Position numbers and translations under genes: made by a program | Notes under the pieces: model-generated | What the model was told of the DNA's origin: nothing | The model's database searches: none | Seen by the model: only the letters and a program-made list of their open reading frames with translations | Shown: positions 17,203 to 27,783 of the stretch, in pieces | Position numbering within the stretch: position 1 is the stretch's first letter | Layout of the letters: each line of letters opens with the position of its first letter | Assembly: GCA_964569445.1 (NCBI GenBank) | Contig: CAZMVJ010000002.1 | Coordinates: forward strand, 1 to 41,777 | Source of the DNA: an uncultured Anaerolineaceae bacterium | Lineage (GTDB): Bacteria > Chloroflexota > Anaerolineae > Anaerolineales > E44-bin32 | Length of the DNA: 41,777 nucleotides | Direction of reading: 5' to 3'

Positions 17203-18747
17203 GTGATGCGACGTGAGCGCCTCGCTGCAAAGGCTCAGGCGATTTCTCTTCCCGTCCTGCTGGCGGTGTCTCCGATCCTCTATCTCTATCAGGTCAATCA
17301 AGCAGACCTGTCCCCGAGCGTCATCTGGAAGCCGCTGGCAATATCGGCGGCAACGGGCGCAGCCCTCTTCGCCATCTCTTGGATCGTTTTCAAGCATGCT
17401 CTCAAGGCTGGTTTACTGGCTTCTCTCCTCGTCGTCGCCTTCTTCTACTACGGAGTCCTCTATGATGTCGTCACCGCATGGGGTCTGCACGAGGCGCTGC
17501 TCCTGGGGCTCTGGGCGGCCCTACTCACTCTCGGTATCGTGGCGTTGCTCAGAGCGAACGATCCGAGCAACCTCGGCCGGGCTCTCTTCGTGGTGGCCGC
17601 CGTCTCGGTCTTGGTTTCTGTCTCGAAGATCGGCCTTTATCGCATCCAGAATCCGCCCGTCCGTGTCTCCGATCCACGTCTGTGGTCCACGACCCTCGAG
17701 GAACCGGTTTTCACCGGGAGTGAACCGCATCCCGACATTTACTACATCGTTCCCGATGACTATGCGCGTACGGATGTGTTGAAGGAGTACCTCGGCTACG
17801 ACAACTCACAGTTCATCGCGGAACTGGAGAATCGAGGGTTCGTGATCCCGGAGCAGGGTCGGAGTCCGTATTCGGACAGCGAATCCAACATGGCTTCGGC
17901 GCTAAACCTGGATTACCTGAATCGCTTTGCGATTGTCCTGGGGGCGAACTCAGAGAATTCTCTGATCGTCACGCAAGTCCTCGAAGACAATCGAGCGGCT
18001 CAGTTCCTGGAGTCTCTCGGCTATCGATACCTCCACATCGACTCCGACAACACCACGTATCCCGGTGACAACCCATCCATATCACCTATCGCCGCCCCGG
18101 ATAACCTGACGTACCTATGGCTACGGGCAAGTATCCTGCGGGTCTTCGGCGGAAGGTTCGGCTTCAGCGATGACGCCTCGGACGAGCGGTTTCGACGAAG
18201 CGTCCTGGCGGCCTTTGACAGGCTGAAGGCCATGCCCGAGATTCCGGGTGCGAAGTTCGTCTTTTTTCACACTTTGATTCCGCACGATCCCTATGTGTTC
18301 GGTCCGCAGGGTGAGAGGGTGACATTCCCGGACCCTTCCGATGATCGGCTTGGCTCGCAGGAGGGCATCGCCTTCTACGTTGGGCAGCTCCGATTCTCCA
18401 ATCAGCTGCTCCTGGAATCCGTCGACGAAATCCTGGCTCACTCCGAGTCGCCGCCCATCATCATCATCCAAGCGGATGAAGGTTTTCAATCGAACCCCGA
18501 GACCTTCGACGAGGAGGCGGTGCTAGACATCAGGCTCAAGGGCCTCAGTGCTTTCTACCTTCCAGGGAAGGACGTGTCGGGGTTGCCCCAGAATCTCAAC
18601 AACGTAAACACGTTCCGGTACCTCTTTGACCTTTGCTTTGGGACCCATCTGGGGATGCTGGAGAACGCTAGCTACGGAGAGGGCGATTCTCCCTTTCAGC
18701 CTCTGGAATTACACGTCATAGGAGACCCGACTCCAGTCGGTCCATAG
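17203..18747 (+). CDS. Membrane protein with an alkaline-phosphatase-superfamily (sulfatase / LTA-synthase-like) extracytoplasmic domain.
   Basis: Five N-terminal TM helices. Then DIYYIVPDDY...FFHTLIPHDPYVF...IIIIQADEG, which is typical of sulfatase-like transferases/hydrolases. Confidence 0.7.
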   Translation: MMRRERLAAKAQAISLPVLLAVSPILYLYQVNQADLSPSVIWKPLAISAATGAALFAISWIVFKHALKAGLLASLLVVAFFYYGVLYDVVTAWGLHEALLLGLWAALLTLGIVALLRANDPSNLGRALFVVAAVSVLVSVSKIGLYRIQNPPVRVSDPRLWSTTLEEPVFTGSEPHPDIYYIVPDDYARTDVLKEYLGYDNSQFIAELENRGFVIPEQGRSPYSDSESNMASALNLDYLNRFAIVLGANSENSLIVTQVLEDNRAAQFLESLGYRYLHIDSDNTTYPGDNPSISPIAAPDNLTYLWLRASILRVFGGRFGFSDDASDERFRRSVLAAFDRLKAMPEIPGAKFVFFHTLIPHDPYVFGPQGERVTFPDPSDDRLGSQEGIAFYVGQLRFSNQLLLESVDEILAHSESPPIIIIQADEGFQSNPETFDEEAVLDIRLKGLSAFYLPGKDVSGLPQNLNNVNTFRYLFDLCFGTHLGMLENASYGEGDSPFQPLELHVIGDPTPVGP

Positions 18748-19267
18748 GGATCGTCCAGGCGCTTGCTCTTCGATCCCGAAGTCCGAGACTCGCGCCTTGG
18801 AATAGCACTAGGGTGGACCGCGCCCGTCCGCCGTCTGGGCGACCCGCCGCGGTGCGACACTCCGACGTGGGGTTCGGATTCCCTGCATCGCCTCATATGC
18901 CACGCTGTGCCATACTTGCGAGCGCGATTCCTAAGGACACTTCTCCAACGTGATCCCGGAAGCACATCCCACCTCAGACGGCCTCTCGGCCATCATCGAT
19001 CCCTGAGTTCTCCCTCCCCTACCTCTTGCCCGGTGAATTCGACCACTGGACCTAAGGAGGGCTTACGTGCGGCAGAGTCCCCGGCATCGGACTGCCCGTT
19101 CCGCTCCAAGGCGTAACCAATGGCGTCGATCGGCGACTTCGATGAAGATAGGGTCTCTTCTTGGCCCATGTGGCGAACCACAACAAAGGACCGACTGACC
19201 ATCCCAGGGGGTTGCGACCCAGGCAATTGATGTACGGAATCTGCATTGGAGGACCCTTATACAGGAT

Positions 19268-19828
19268 ATGAACCTGGCCGAAGCCTCAGACGCCGACGTC
19301 ATCCAACGATGCCTCGATGGAAGCGAAAGAGCCTGGGACACCCTTCTCGCTCGCTACGAGAAGCTGATCTATCACACCGCATTTCGCGCCGGCGCGGCGT
19401 CAGACGAGGTCGGTGAAATCTTCCAGGTGGTGTGTGTCACCTGGTTCCAGGAATTGCCTCGCCTGCGGAACCCGGAACGACTCGGCGCCTGGCTCGTCAC
19501 CACGACCAGGCGGGCCTGCTGGTCACATTGGAGGTCTGAGAGGCGGCACCGAACTGGACCGGAGTCCATAGTGATTGACGCCGACGCGTCCGCCGAGTCG
19601 CCGGAGGCCCTCGCCGCGGCAGCCTACGACGCCAGGGCCGTTCAAAGCGCCATCCAAGCACTCCCGGATCCCTGTCGCCGCCTCCTGACTCTCCTGTACC
19701 TTCAGCCCGAACGACCCACGTACGCGGAAGTTGCCGAGCGACTGCGGGTCCCCGTAAATAGCATCGGCCCTATGCGTATGCGGTGCCTCGAGAAGCTCCA
19801 TGAGGCGCTCAAGTCTGCGGGCTGGTGA
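19268..19828 (+). CDS. ECF-type RNA polymerase sigma factor.
   Basis: Region 2 (YEKLIYHTAFR...FQVVCVTWF) and region 4 (RRLLTLLYLQPERPTYAEVAERLRVPVNSIGPMRMRCLEKL). SD GGAGGA upstream. Confidence 0.85.
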   Translation: MNLAEASDADVIQRCLDGSERAWDTLLARYEKLIYHTAFRAGAASDEVGEIFQVVCVTWFQELPRLRNPERLGAWLVTTTRRACWSHWRSERRHRTGPESIVIDADASAESPEALAAAAYDARAVQSAIQALPDPCRRLLTLLYLQPERPTYAEVAERLRVPVNSIGPMRMRCLEKLHEALKSAGW

Positions 19829-19871
19829 TGTACGAATCCCCTTCGGTCGCCCTCTATTATGTCGAGATGGA

Positions 19872-20159
19872 ATGAGCGACCCTGACCACATTCCCTTGGA
19901 TGACCTGGTCGAGCTCGTGCTCGGATGGCTGCCTGCGGACACCCGATCCCGGGCAACCCTCCACCTTGCAACGGGTTGCACGGCATGTCAGGAAGACCTG
20001 GCGTTCTTGATGCGGGTCATGCGTGGCCTCCGGCCCACGTCCCCCCTGGTCGTTTCCGAGCCGTCGGAACACGGAGGGGACGGCCTTAACAAGCAACTGG
20101 TCTTTCCCGGGCTCCCTGCTGAGTGGGCCCCTTCTGGCGTCCTACGGGGTCTTCCGTGA
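19872..20159 (+). CDS. Small soluble zf-HC2 (ZAS-like) putative anti-sigma factor.
   Basis: H-x3-C-x2-C motif in HLATGCTACQ. No TM helix. It lies immediately downstream of the sigma gene. Confidence 0.5.
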   Translation: MSDPDHIPLDDLVELVLGWLPADTRSRATLHLATGCTACQEDLAFLMRVMRGLRPTSPLVVSEPSEHGGDGLNKQLVFPGLPAEWAPSGVLRGLP

Positions 20160-21133
20160 AGCAAGAGACCTCGCATATCCTCGCCGACATGATGGTCGCC
20201 TCCGTCGAAGGTCGGGCGTCACCCGAGGATCAGGACGAAATCCGAGCGCACTTGGGTTCCGGCTGTCCGCAATGCCGAAGTGAGTTCCTGTACTGGCGTC
20301 GGGTCGTGCCGGCTCTCGAGGCCATGAGCTGGCCGGCGCCTGCGTGGAAGGAACGCCGGAAGGCCCTCAAGGCATTCCGGCGACAGGCCAAGGCAGGCAA
20401 GTCCCAGGTCAGCCGAACCGGGTGGGCATGGTTGATTCCTCTGGCCGCCCTGGTCACGCTCCTGGTGCTGTTGGCGGTACCCTTGCAGCGAACAGAAGTC
20501 GCCTTTGCCGCCTCCCTCGAGGACGTCGCTGGACAAGTCGAAGTGCGCCTCCGGCCCGAGGGCGAGTGGACCACACTCTCGGGCCTCCAGTCTCTCCCTC
20601 TGGGTGCCGAGATCCGGACCGGCACAGATGGGCGGGCCACGCTGGTTTTCCCCGATCGGAACAGGATCCTCCTCGGGGCAGGCACCACCGTGAGACTCAA
20701 CAGGATCAATTGGGCTGACGGACAGTGGCGGATCGACCTCAACCAGCTCCTTGGAAATGGCGAGTATCAGGTCTCGGGCGGGGCCAGTGAGTACCGCATT
20801 CTCACCCCTATAGGAGTCCTGGCCGCGACCGAAGGCCAGTTCAACGTGGAAGCGAACCTGGACGGCTCGGTGCAGGTCAATGTTGGAGAAGGTGTTGTCT
20901 CGGTGGCCGGCTCGGCGGGTGTCGCGGAGGTATCGTCAGGTCAGTCGGCGACATTCCCTCCGATGGCCGACACGACCCCGACATCCACGGCCGAGGCTGG
21001 CCCGCCCCGCATTCGTCTGTCGGCCACACCCCCTCCGGGCGCCCAGGCCACCGAGCCTTCGGGAGGCCAGGAAGGCAATGGCCAGAACAATAATTCAGAG
21101 GAGCAAGCAGGCGACCCCAGCCCAACTCCCTAA
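20156..21133 (+). CDS. Membrane-spanning zf-HC2 anti-sigma factor with a FecR-like extracytoplasmic domain.
   Basis: The GTG overlaps the previous stop (GTGA). HLGSGCPQCRSEF motif. TM helix WAWLIPLAALVTLLVLLAV. FecR-like GAEIRTGTDGRATLVFPDRNRILLGAGTTVRL. The start is uncertain, with alternatives at 20123 and 20189. Confidence 0.7.
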   Translation: MKQETSHILADMMVASVEGRASPEDQDEIRAHLGSGCPQCRSEFLYWRRVVPALEAMSWPAPAWKERRKALKAFRRQAKAGKSQVSRTGWAWLIPLAALVTLLVLLAVPLQRTEVAFAASLEDVAGQVEVRLRPEGEWTTLSGLQSLPLGAEIRTGTDGRATLVFPDRNRILLGAGTTVRLNRINWADGQWRIDLNQLLGNGEYQVSGGASEYRILTPIGVLAATEGQFNVEANLDGSVQVNVGEGVVSVAGSAGVAEVSSGQSATFPPMADTTPTSTAEAGPPRIRLSATPPPGAQATEPSGGQEGNGQNNNSEEQAGDPSPTP

Positions 21134-21270
21134 GCGGGCAAATCTGCGGTCCAAGGCGCTGGTACTTTGGTCACGCTCCGCGGCGTACGAAACCACCCGA
21201 CTCAGTTCTCACCTATGCATAGTGACGGGGCGCGTGGGCCTCGCAAGTCCAACGAATGAGGAGGCGAACG

Positions 21271-21693
21271 ATGGCAGAAAAGTGGGTCACACAGATCACC
21301 CAACGGAGCAAGGTGTCCGTCCTAGGGCGCCACGCCCTCTCGGCCTTCATGGTCGCAGGCCTGGCTGTTGGGTTCCTTTCTCGAGCTCCGGCGGCCTGGG
21401 CAGCGGGTCGGGCCCAGACCGAGGTCGACCTCAACGAGGCGACCGAGAGCATCGAGGCGCAGCAGGGGGTGGATGAGCCCGACGGACCGAACAATGACGC
21501 CCAGTTGAACGAGGCCCAAGAAGGCATCGACGAGCTGGAGGGCCAGAACAACGACTCCCAGGTCAATGAAGGCCAGGAAGGAGTCGACGAGCAGGAAGGC
21601 CAGAACAACGACTCCCAGCTGGATGACGGCCAAGACGGCGTCGACGAGGCCGACGGGCAGAACAGCGAAGCCGAGCCGCCAGCGGCTCCCTAA
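21271..21693 (+). CDS. Secreted acidic protein built from 19-aa tandem repeats.
   Basis: SD GAGGAGG 6 nt upstream. Signal or anchor segment ALSAFMVAGLAVGFL...AWAAG. Repeats of the form DExxGQNNDSQ(V/L)NEGQEGV. Confidence 0.65.
   Translation: MAEKWVTQITQRSKVSVLGRHALSAFMVAGLAVGFLSRAPAAWAAGRAQTEVDLNEATESIEAQQGVDEPDGPNNDAQLNEAQEGIDELEGQNNDSQVNEGQEGVDEQEGQNNDSQLDDGQDGVDEADGQNSEAEPPAAP
21472..21670 (+). repeat. 57-bp coding tandem repeat, about 3.5 units.
   Basis: Units start at 21472, 21529, 21586 and 21643 (gacgag...ggccagaacaacgactcccag...). Confidence 0.85.
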
Positions 21694-21766
21694 ACCGGGG
21701 TCGCCAGAACTGGTTGTGGCCTCACCAGATTGAGCAAGGACTCTGGCCGATCGGATCCGGCCAGGC

Positions 21767-21809
21767 GAAGTGACCCCTCCGGTGTAGACCACGCCGGAGG
21801 GGTCACTTC
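21767..21809 (+). terminator. 16-bp perfect stem-loop after the acidic-repeat gene (terminator-like, no clear U-tract).
   Basis: GAAGTGACCCCTCCGG (21767-21782) and CCGGAGGGGTCACTTC (21794-21809) with an 11-nt loop. Confidence 0.5.
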
Positions 21810-21827
21810 TCGCCTCGGAGACTCGCC

Positions 21828-22553
21828 ATGGTGACGAAATCCCTCTCCCCCCTACATCGGATTCCTGCGCTCGGCGCATGCCTGACGGCGGCGATTCTTT
21901 CCGCCTGTTCTCTCCCCAGCCAAGGCGGATCCTTGGTACGCGCCTCCACGCTCCCCTCCGAGTTGGCTTCGCCGACGCCTCTGCTCCCGATGGAAGCCAC
22001 CCCGGGAGTACTCTTTTCTGATGATTTCACCGACCCATTGAGCGGCTGGGAAATCCGTGAGGAGATAGACGCGATCACAGATTTCGGCGAGGGGGAGTTC
22101 GTCATCTTCGTGGGCAAGCCCGAGACCGCACTTTGGTCTACGCCCAACCGCACCATGACCGATGTAAGCATCGAAGTCGACGCCCGCCAGGTATCGGGCC
22201 CGGATGACAATCTGTACGGCCTGATTTGCCGGTACCAAGACCGTGACAACTTCTACCGCTTCGTCGTCGGCGGCAACGGGTATGCCGGGATCACCAAGCG
22301 CTCGCAGGGGACGGTCACAGTGATCTCGGGCGAGTTCTTGACCACCTCGGACGCCGTCCAACGCGGGATGGCCACAAACCATCTGAAGGCCATTTGCCAA
22401 GGAGCGCAGCTTACATTGTATGTGAACGGGGAGCTCGTGGCCCAGGCTTTTGATTCCTCCTACCCCGCCGGAGACACAGGTCTCATCGCAGCCTCGAGCC
22501 GATATCCGGGAGTGAGGATCCACTTCGCTAACTACGTCGTAAGCGCGCCTTAG
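21828..22553 (+). CDS. Lipoprotein with a concanavalin/LamG-like (DUF1080-like) domain.
   Basis: Lipobox ILSACS. FSDDFTDPLSGWEI...NLYGLICRYQDRDNFYRFVVGGNGYAGITK...LYVNGELV. Confidence 0.65.
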   Translation: MVTKSLSPLHRIPALGACLTAAILSACSLPSQGGSLVRASTLPSELASPTPLLPMEATPGVLFSDDFTDPLSGWEIREEIDAITDFGEGEFVIFVGKPETALWSTPNRTMTDVSIEVDARQVSGPDDNLYGLICRYQDRDNFYRFVVGGNGYAGITKRSQGTVTVISGEFLTTSDAVQRGMATNHLKAICQGAQLTLYVNGELVAQAFDSSYPAGDTGLIAASSRYPGVRIHFANYVVSAP

Positions 22554-22685
22554 CCGCCTCCGCGAGTAGCACCTGGTCCCTACCCGCGAGACCTGCGCGC
22601 TGTCCCGCCTTTGCCCGCAAGGCAGTTGCAAGAGGTCCCCACCCCGCCGCTCTGATGATTGTGAGGTGGGCGAAAAGTTATCGCG

Positions 22686-24863
<2,178 letters not shown>

Positions 24864-25499
24864 GTGCAACCCAGAGCCAGCCGCAAGCAGGTCCACCATG
24901 GTGGCGGATCGGAGCTGATGCAACAACAGTCCCGGGGCTCCAGTCTCCCTTCAACCGGTTCACCAGGCGCCAGACCGCGTCGTACCTTGTGGATCTGGTT
25001 GATGCTTCCACCGTTGTTTCTCATCGTACTCAACGGCTGCGGGTGGGTATCCCTGCTCCAGCCAGTCCCCCTTGACTCAGTGGATGCCCGTTCCCTGCTC
25101 GTCGCCAACTACCGGCCCTGGGCAACGGTTCGCTTTGAGCCCGTGACCGGACAGATCCTCGACGAGATCCTGCGGGACACCGGGCGAGGATCGGAACCAG
25201 TCGCGAGCGCCCCTCCGGGATCGTTCTGGCCGACTCCCGGGATCAGAACCCCTCCCATAGCCGGTGCGACCCCATATCTTGGCCCTCCGCCGTCCATCAC
25301 AATCTCGGCTCCCGCCACAACAACCATGTTCGTGTGGACGATCACCCCTAGTTCAACTCCGTTGCCGAGCATAACCTCCACACCGACGTTGCCGACGGCC
25401 CCCACGTCTACGTCGGCCCCGCCCCAGGCCACGAACACTGCCCTCTCAACCCCTGGAGGAGGCCAGTTAGGCACCGATCAGCCGGAAGGCAACAACTGA
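24864..25499 (+). CDS. Hypothetical membrane or lipid-anchored protein with a Pro/Thr-rich tail.
   Basis: Open frame with a hydrophobic segment LWIWLMLPPLFLIVLNGC and a PT-rich C-terminus. The start is ambiguous and no homology was recognised. Confidence 0.4.
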   Translation: MQPRASRKQVHHGGGSELMQQQSRGSSLPSTGSPGARPRRTLWIWLMLPPLFLIVLNGCGWVSLLQPVPLDSVDARSLLVANYRPWATVRFEPVTGQILDEILRDTGRGSEPVASAPPGSFWPTPGIRTPPIAGATPYLGPPPSITISAPATTTMFVWTITPSSTPLPSITSTPTLPTAPTSTSAPPQATNTALSTPGGGQLGTDQPEGNN

Positions 25500-25626
25500 G
25501 ATACGGGAAGTCGGCAACCGTCAGGCTCACGGCGTCTGTCGCGACACCCTAAGGGGCCGGCAAGTTCGACTCATGGCCTCATCGCTGAAATCTGACAAAC
25601 CATTCGGGCGGATCGCATGATTGCCC

Positions 25627-25866
25627 GTTGCCTGGCCCAGAAGGACGGTCAAGGGTCTGGGTCCGGCAGGCAGCCCAGAATCAGTAAACCCTTCCACGGA
25701 ATCCGGTGAAAGGCGAGCAAGGTTCTTTCTCTCCGCTGTCAGGTTCTGCAAACTCTCATGAGTGGGTTTCCCTCGCGCAGCCTGCCCTGAGCGAAGCCGA
25801 AGGGCTCGGGACGATGACGCAAATCCCACCGTCGCCACTCGTCAACTCCGGGCAACGCCAGGCAAC
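25627..25866 (+). repeat. Intergenic repeat / candidate structured RNA family, copy B (with a nested hairpin insertion).
   Basis: gttgcctggcccagaaggacggtcaagggtctgggtccggcaggcagcccagaatcag...acggaatccggtgaaaggcgagca matches copy A. The distal tcccaccgtcgcc block is at 25824-25836. GTTGCCTGG (25627-25635) is complementary to CCAGGCAAC (25858-25866). Confidence 0.7.
25786..25810. repeat. Small palindromic hairpin unit inserted in copy B.
   Basis: CCUGAGC / GCUCGGG stem of 7 bp (one G-U pair) with the loop GAAGCCGAAGG. It is absent from copy A. It translates on both strands into the spurious peptides LSEAEG and FGFAQGRL / LRSGQA seen in the ORF track. Confidence 0.5.
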
Positions 25867-25904
25867 GAGACAGACTGTGAGGGTCCATTGTTGCCACCCT
25901 TCCC

Positions 25905-26618
25905 CTAGCTTCGGCCATACACCGGGATGCTCGCGCCGTGGACATCGCGCGCGGCAGCTGACGCGAGGAAGAGGATCACCTCGGCCAGCGACTCTAGCGC
26001 AACCCAGCGGCCAGCTTCCGCGTTTGGCATGGCTTGTCGGTTTTGCGGTGTGTCGAGGGTGCCCGGGAGGACGCAATTGACGTTGATGCCTGAGTGGCGC
26101 AGCTCGGCCGATAGACTTTCCGTGAGACGGATGACGGCCGATTTCGAGGCGCTGTAAGCCGCAGCGTTGGCCGCCCCCACCAACCCAGGCCTCGCCGCGA
26201 TATGGATGATCTTCCCCGAGCCCTGACGCAACATCTGCGGGACGACCGTTTGGCTGACGATGAAGGCCGTTCGCGCGTTGAGGCTCATCATCCGGTCCCA
26301 CACCTCCATCGCTGTCTCGTGAACCGGTGTCCCGGCCTGGTAGCCGCCGACGGTATTGACGAGCACGTCGATGTGCCCGAAGCGGCGGACGACCTCCTCC
26401 ACCATTCCCCTCACCGAGGCGGGGTCATTGACATCGATCGCTTGGGCCAGCCGGTGGCCTTCGGATGCCGGCCCTGCGTCGAGTCGGGCCAAGCGGTCGC
26501 CTGATCGATCCACGAGCACAAGGCGAGCCCCAGCCTGGTGAAACGCCCGCGACACGGCGAGGCCCAGATTGCCACTGGCGCCTGTCACGATCACAACGCT
26601 TTCATTGAAAGCGAACAT
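25905..26618 (-). CDS. Short-chain dehydrogenase/reductase (SDR).
   Basis: TGASGNLG cofactor motif, NTVGG, catalytic YSASK. Confidence 0.9.
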   Translation of the reverse strand: MFAFNESVVIVTGASGNLGLAVSRAFHQAGARLVLVDRSGDRLARLDAGPASEGHRLAQAIDVNDPASVRGMVEEVVRRFGHIDVLVNTVGGYQAGTPVHETAMEVWDRMMSLNARTAFIVSQTVVPQMLRQGSGKIIHIAARPGLVGAANAAAYSASKSAVIRLTESLSAELRHSGINVNCVLPGTLDTPQNRQAMPNAEAGRWVALESLAEVILFLASAAARDVHGASIPVYGRS

Positions 26619-26772
26619 CCTAGACCCTCATTCCTCTTGGCGTATGCGGCAGAGCCCAGCCTCCACGGACGAGAGTCACCAGCAGACTTCAACGTCACGA
26701 GCGTTTTCGCCAACCGGGACAGGTTCGGCGGACCTCGGGGTTACGTGCGGCCGTCGGTAGACCTGACGTCCT

Positions 26773-27342
26773 CTAACACGCCAAGTCAGGCCCTCCGCGA
26801 AGGTCATTCAACCCTCGGATAAGGTAGTCGATGTCCGGCCGATCGCCCGGATCATGGCTCCGGTAGGCGAACCGCAGGATCCCTCTCCCGTCGACAATGA
26901 AATCCCCCCCGAGCTGGAGGCTGTCTCCCTGAATGCCGCGCCACGGTCGGCCCGCCAGCATGAGCCGGGCATAGGTCAGGATCGTGCGAGGGCTCCAGGA
27001 ACGAAAGAGCGAACGATCGACGCCACACTCCCGGTATGCCCTTCGTTCAGGATCAAGCCAGAGCGAAAACGGTGCAGCCGTTTCGCGAAGCCACTGCGCA
27101 GCCAATAACGGCGGCCCAAAGGACACCATCACAACACGGGCGCCCAGCGTGCGGAGCGTCGCTGCGTGGCGGCACAACTGTGCCACATGCTCCCGGCAGG
27201 GCAGTCAACCGAGGTGTCGCAGGAAGACGAGCAGCGCGGGGCCATCTTTCCACGCCTCCCTCAGATTCACGGCCCCACCTTCCTCCGTAACGAGCGTCGC
27301 ATCAGGCGCAACATGACCCGGTATCAACGTGGCGTGGGTCAT
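26773..27342 (-). CDS. Prx-like2 (AhpC/TSA_2) thioredoxin-fold protein with an in-frame UGA at 27205-27207. Candidate selenoprotein with a U-x-x-C redox centre.
   Basis: ORFs 27205..27435 and 26773..27186 share one frame and are separated by TGA plus 6 sense codons. The joined sequence reads ...ALLVFLRHLG-U-LPC-REHVAQL...LQLGGDFIVDGRG.... Start at MTHATLIP (27342). Confidence 0.7.
27166..27190 (-). promoter_or_regulatory. SECIS-like hairpin downstream of the UGA at 27205-27207.
   Basis: The mRNA forms GUGGCAC-AGUU-GUGCCGC (plus coordinates 27169-27186), 7 bp including one G-U pair. The apical loop starts 26 nt after the UGA and contains G and U. Confidence 0.55.
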
Positions 27343-27431
27343 CGGACGATTCTCATCGTCCGTACCTTGAGGCAATAACCCGTGCGTCCCAGGCCGGGGA
27401 CCCCCACACCCTGATGCCGGACAGGCGGGGA

Positions 27432-27740
27432 TCACGCATTCTTGAGCACCAGGGTCATCGCGGCATTGAGCCGGTGGAGCGCCTCATCCGTGTCCCCTGC
27501 CTTCACACAATCGGTCACGCACGTCTCCATGTGACCTTCCAAGAGCTTGATAATCACCTGGTTGAGCGCGGCCTTGATGGCGGAGGTTTGGACCAGGATG
27601 CTCTCACAGTCTTCCTTGTCGGCCAGCATGCGCTTCACACCCCGCACATGCCCCTCGATCCGATTCAATCGCCGGAAGAGATTCCCGATCAAGTCGGGAT
27701 CAAGGTAGGTTGTCTCAGATTGCGCACGAGCTTTGGGCAT
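27432..27740 (-). CDS. CsoR/RcnR/FrmR-family metal-sensing repressor with a CsoR-type x-C-H-C ligand set.
   Basis: NRIEGHVRGVKRML core. Cys in EDCESIL. His and Cys in EGHMETC. Confidence 0.9.
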   Translation of the reverse strand: MPKARAQSETTYLDPDLIGNLFRRLNRIEGHVRGVKRMLADKEDCESILVQTSAIKAALNQVIIKLLEGHMETCVTDCVKAGDTDEALHRLNAAMTLVLKNA

Positions 27741-27783
27741 TCAGTGAACTCCTCTCGGGGACTCCTTTGGACTGTCCCCTCTC

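Noticed and set aside
18868-18884. tRNA T-arm-like sequence TGGGGTTCGGATTCCCT, a possible tRNA or tRNA-fragment att site.
   Set aside because: The loop has G where the invariant A58 should be, and the G53-C61 pair is replaced. No acceptor, D or anticodon arms can be built from the flanks.
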